A stretch of DNA of 24,196 nt, from the NCBI GenBank assembly GCA_964373795.1, contig CAYJVY010000002.1, positions 1-24,196 of the forward strand, written 5' to 3'. Positions within the stretch are counted from its first letter, which is position 1; the number at the start of each line of letters is the position of its first letter. The position numbers were made by a program, and so were the translations under genes. Source of the DNA: an uncultured archaeon. Lineage in GTDB: Archaea; Iainarchaeota; Iainarchaeia; Iainarchaeales; DATDZZ01. Below the pieces are notes generated by a model that had not been told where the DNA came from, did no database searches, and was given only the letters and a program-made list of their open reading frames with translations. Of this stretch, positions 22,515 to 24,196 are shown in pieces.

Positions 22515-22805
22515 ATGCAAGAGAACCTAAAAACTAAAGTAAAAAGATACAATGATTTAACTAAAACTGCATTAAAAAAAATCAAAATATGTGTTCCAAA
22601 AAACTCTGCTTTATATGAAATTGCAAAAGACTTCAAAGAAATGAGTGAAAACTATTTTAATGACGCAGAATATTATGAAAAAAAAGGGGAACTACTAATA
22701 TCATTGGCCTCATACAGCTATTCACATGCTTGGCTAGATGCGGGCGCACGACTGGGATTATTTGATGTAAAAAATGACTATAGATTATTCACCCTATATA
22801 AATAA
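22515..22805 (+). CDS. DUF357-family archaeal protein
   Basis: The C-terminal motif LASYSYSHAWLDAGARLGLF matches the DUF357 hallmark (a..sYa.GWLDag..lG). 96 aa. SD GAGGAGGT (22500-22507) overlaps the dph5 stop codon. Confidence 0.65.
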   Translation: MQENLKTKVKRYNDLTKTALKKIKICVPKNSALYEIAKDFKEMSENYFNDAEYYEKKGELLISLASYSYSHAWLDAGARLGLFDVKNDYRLFTLYK

Positions 22806-22871
22806 ATTAATTGAACCAAGATTGAAAAAAAAGAAATAAATATAAGAAAGAAGATATATGTTTGGATTTAA

Positions 22872-23336
22872 ATGAGTTTATATCAAACAGTTTCAATTAC
22901 CGACAGAATAAAGCAGTTAAAAACTCCTTTAATAATACTGCTTGGATTAATTATTCTTGCAATACTTGTGTTAATGTTAATTAATTTATTAAAACCACAA
23001 TCAATTGATGCGCGATTTGATAAAAATCCTCTTTTAATTGGCGAAGACTTTTCTACAACTTTATCAATTACTCTTACAAATATAACTGAAACAGATGCAA
23101 AAAATACTGAGGTAAAAGTTTTTCCTAGAGACAGTGAAAGACTTCATGTCTTTCCAGAAACAATGAATTATGGAACTCTTGGAGCTGGCGAATATAAAAA
23201 AGAAAACTTTAGAATTCAACCAAATCCAAAATATGGAAGCGAAATATCTGAAGGAAAATATTTATTAGACATTAATGCTAAAATTAATAACATTGTTTTT
23301 ACTAAAACAGTTTCATTAGAAGTAAAAAAGAAGTAA
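22872..23336 (+). CDS. N-terminally membrane-anchored hypothetical protein with CARDB-like beta-sandwich ectodomain
   Basis: TM helix PLIILLGLIILAILVLMLINLL, then FSTTLSITLTNITETDAKNTEVKVFP...GAGEYKKENFRIQPNP, a pattern typical of CARDB/DUF11-like folds. Judged by eye. Confidence 0.5.
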   Translation: MSLYQTVSITDRIKQLKTPLIILLGLIILAILVLMLINLLKPQSIDARFDKNPLLIGEDFSTTLSITLTNITETDAKNTEVKVFPRDSERLHVFPETMNYGTLGAGEYKKENFRIQPNPKYGSEISEGKYLLDINAKINNIVFTKTVSLEVKKK

Positions 23337-23370
23337 CTATTAAAAAATTTAAAAATCTAACAAAATAATT

Positions 23371-23676
23371 ATGGATTTAATATATATTCCTTGCAAAAAC
23401 CTTATTGAAGCAAAAAAGATATCAAAAAAACTACTTGAAAAAAAGTTAATTGCTTGTGCCAACATTATTCCAAAAATTATTTCAATGTACTTTTGGAACA
23501 AAAAACTCGAAAACCTAAATGAAAGCATTATTTTGGCAAAAACAGTTGAAAAAAATATTAAAAAAATAACAAAGCAAGTAAAACAACTTCATTCATATAA
23601 ATGTCCCTGCATTATTTCAATAAAAGTTAAGGCAAATAAAGAATATGAAAAGTGGGTTAAAAAAAACTGTAAATAA
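23371..23676 (+). CDS. cutA: Divalent-cation tolerance protein CutA
   Basis: KKLLEKKLIACANIIPKIISMYFWNKKLENLNESIILAKT...LHSYKCPCIISI matches the CutA1 pattern (l...lAACvni.p.i.S.Y.W.g.i.......K......l...i...H.Y..P.i). 101 aa. Confidence 0.85.
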   Translation: MDLIYIPCKNLIEAKKISKKLLEKKLIACANIIPKIISMYFWNKKLENLNESIILAKTVEKNIKKITKQVKQLHSYKCPCIISIKVKANKEYEKWVKKNCK

Positions 23677-23695
23677 ATATTCTTAGTCGATTTAT

Positions 23696-24196
23696 ATGTT
23701 CAGTTCACAAAGCTATTTAGAGTCATTAGAAAAATACAAAAAAAAATTTGAATTAAAAACCACTGAAAAAGCATTAAAGCTATTTGGCAATCCACATAAA
23801 AAAATTAAAGTCATTCATGTTGCTGGAACAAATGGAAAGGGTTCAACTACGACAATGATTGCAAGCATATTAAAACAGGGAAAATTTAAAGTTGGAAAAT
23901 ATACTTCGCCACACCTTATTAAGTTAAATGAGCGAATTCAGATAAATGAAAAACCAATTTCAGATAAGGAATTAAATAAACTTGCAATTGAATTAAAAAA
24001 TAAAATTGAAAAAAGTAACATTAATTTAAGTTTTTTTGAATTTACAACTACATTGGCATTTATTTATTTCTATCAAAAAAAAGTCGACTTTGCAGTAATT
24101 GAAACTGGTTTGGGTGGAAGACTAGATGCAACAAATGTTTGCAATTCAATTATTCAAATAATAACAAATATACATTTTGACCATGTCCAGTATCTT
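23696..24196 (+). CDS. folC: Folylpolyglutamate synthase / dihydrofolate synthase, N-terminal part (3' end outside the window)
   Basis: Not in the ORF track because no stop is reached. From the ATG at 23696 the hand translation is MFSSQSYLESLEKYKKKFELKTTEKALKLFGNPHKKIKVIHVAGTNGKGSTTTMIASIL..YTSPHLIKLNERIQIN...ETGLGGRLDATNV..ITNIHFDH. This is the Mur-ligase P-loop plus FolC-specific SPHL motif. The frame is open to the window end. Confidence 0.88.
   Translation, partial: MFSSQSYLESLEKYKKKFELKTTEKALKLFGNPHKKIKVIHVAGTNGKGSTTTMIASILKQGKFKVGKYTSPHLIKLNERIQINEKPISDKELNKLAIELKNKIEKSNINLSFFEFTTTLAFIYFYQKKVDFAVIETGLGGRLDATNVCNSIIQIITNIHFDHVQYL

Overview
AT-rich (roughly 30% G+C by eye), tightly packed archaeal chromosomal segment. 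The archaeal call rests on TFB, ribosomal proteins S8e and L35Ae, diphthine synthase, Trm5, and DUF63/DUF357-type genes. Small housekeeping genes mixed with giant secreted proteins and a bacterial-type adenylate kinase suggest a DPANN-like, possibly episymbiotic, lineage; this is inference only. I support about 24 protein genes. I see no rRNA, tRNA, CRISPR array, transposase or integrase. Most notable: (1) a ~60-nt island of about two-thirds G+C at 8916-8977, the only GC-rich non-coding stretch in the window. It folds into nested hairpins with alternative pairings and lies just upstream of S-adenosylhomocysteine hydrolase, so it is a candidate structured RNA or riboswitch-like element. (2) A three-gene minus-strand cluster (3732-8469) encodes only exported proteins. 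It has an anchorless ~1150-aa beta-helix-like, sequon-rich protein, a small protein whose N-terminal membrane helix has no canonical start codon (candidate ATT start behind an SD), and a C-terminally anchored protein. (3) A 2028-aa membrane-anchored subtilisin (S8) megaprotein with five tandem ~83-aa repeats, a Gly-rich hinge and a Cys-rich stalk. (4) An unlisted 49-aa TRASH-like zinc-finger ORF. (5) An ahcY / PfkB kinase / adk neighbourhood that could carry SAH through adenosine and AMP to ADP. TTTAAAT-type TATA boxes lie 22-33 nt upstream of many ATGs (leaderless pattern), while other genes have strong GGAGG/GGTGA Shine-Dalgarno motifs.
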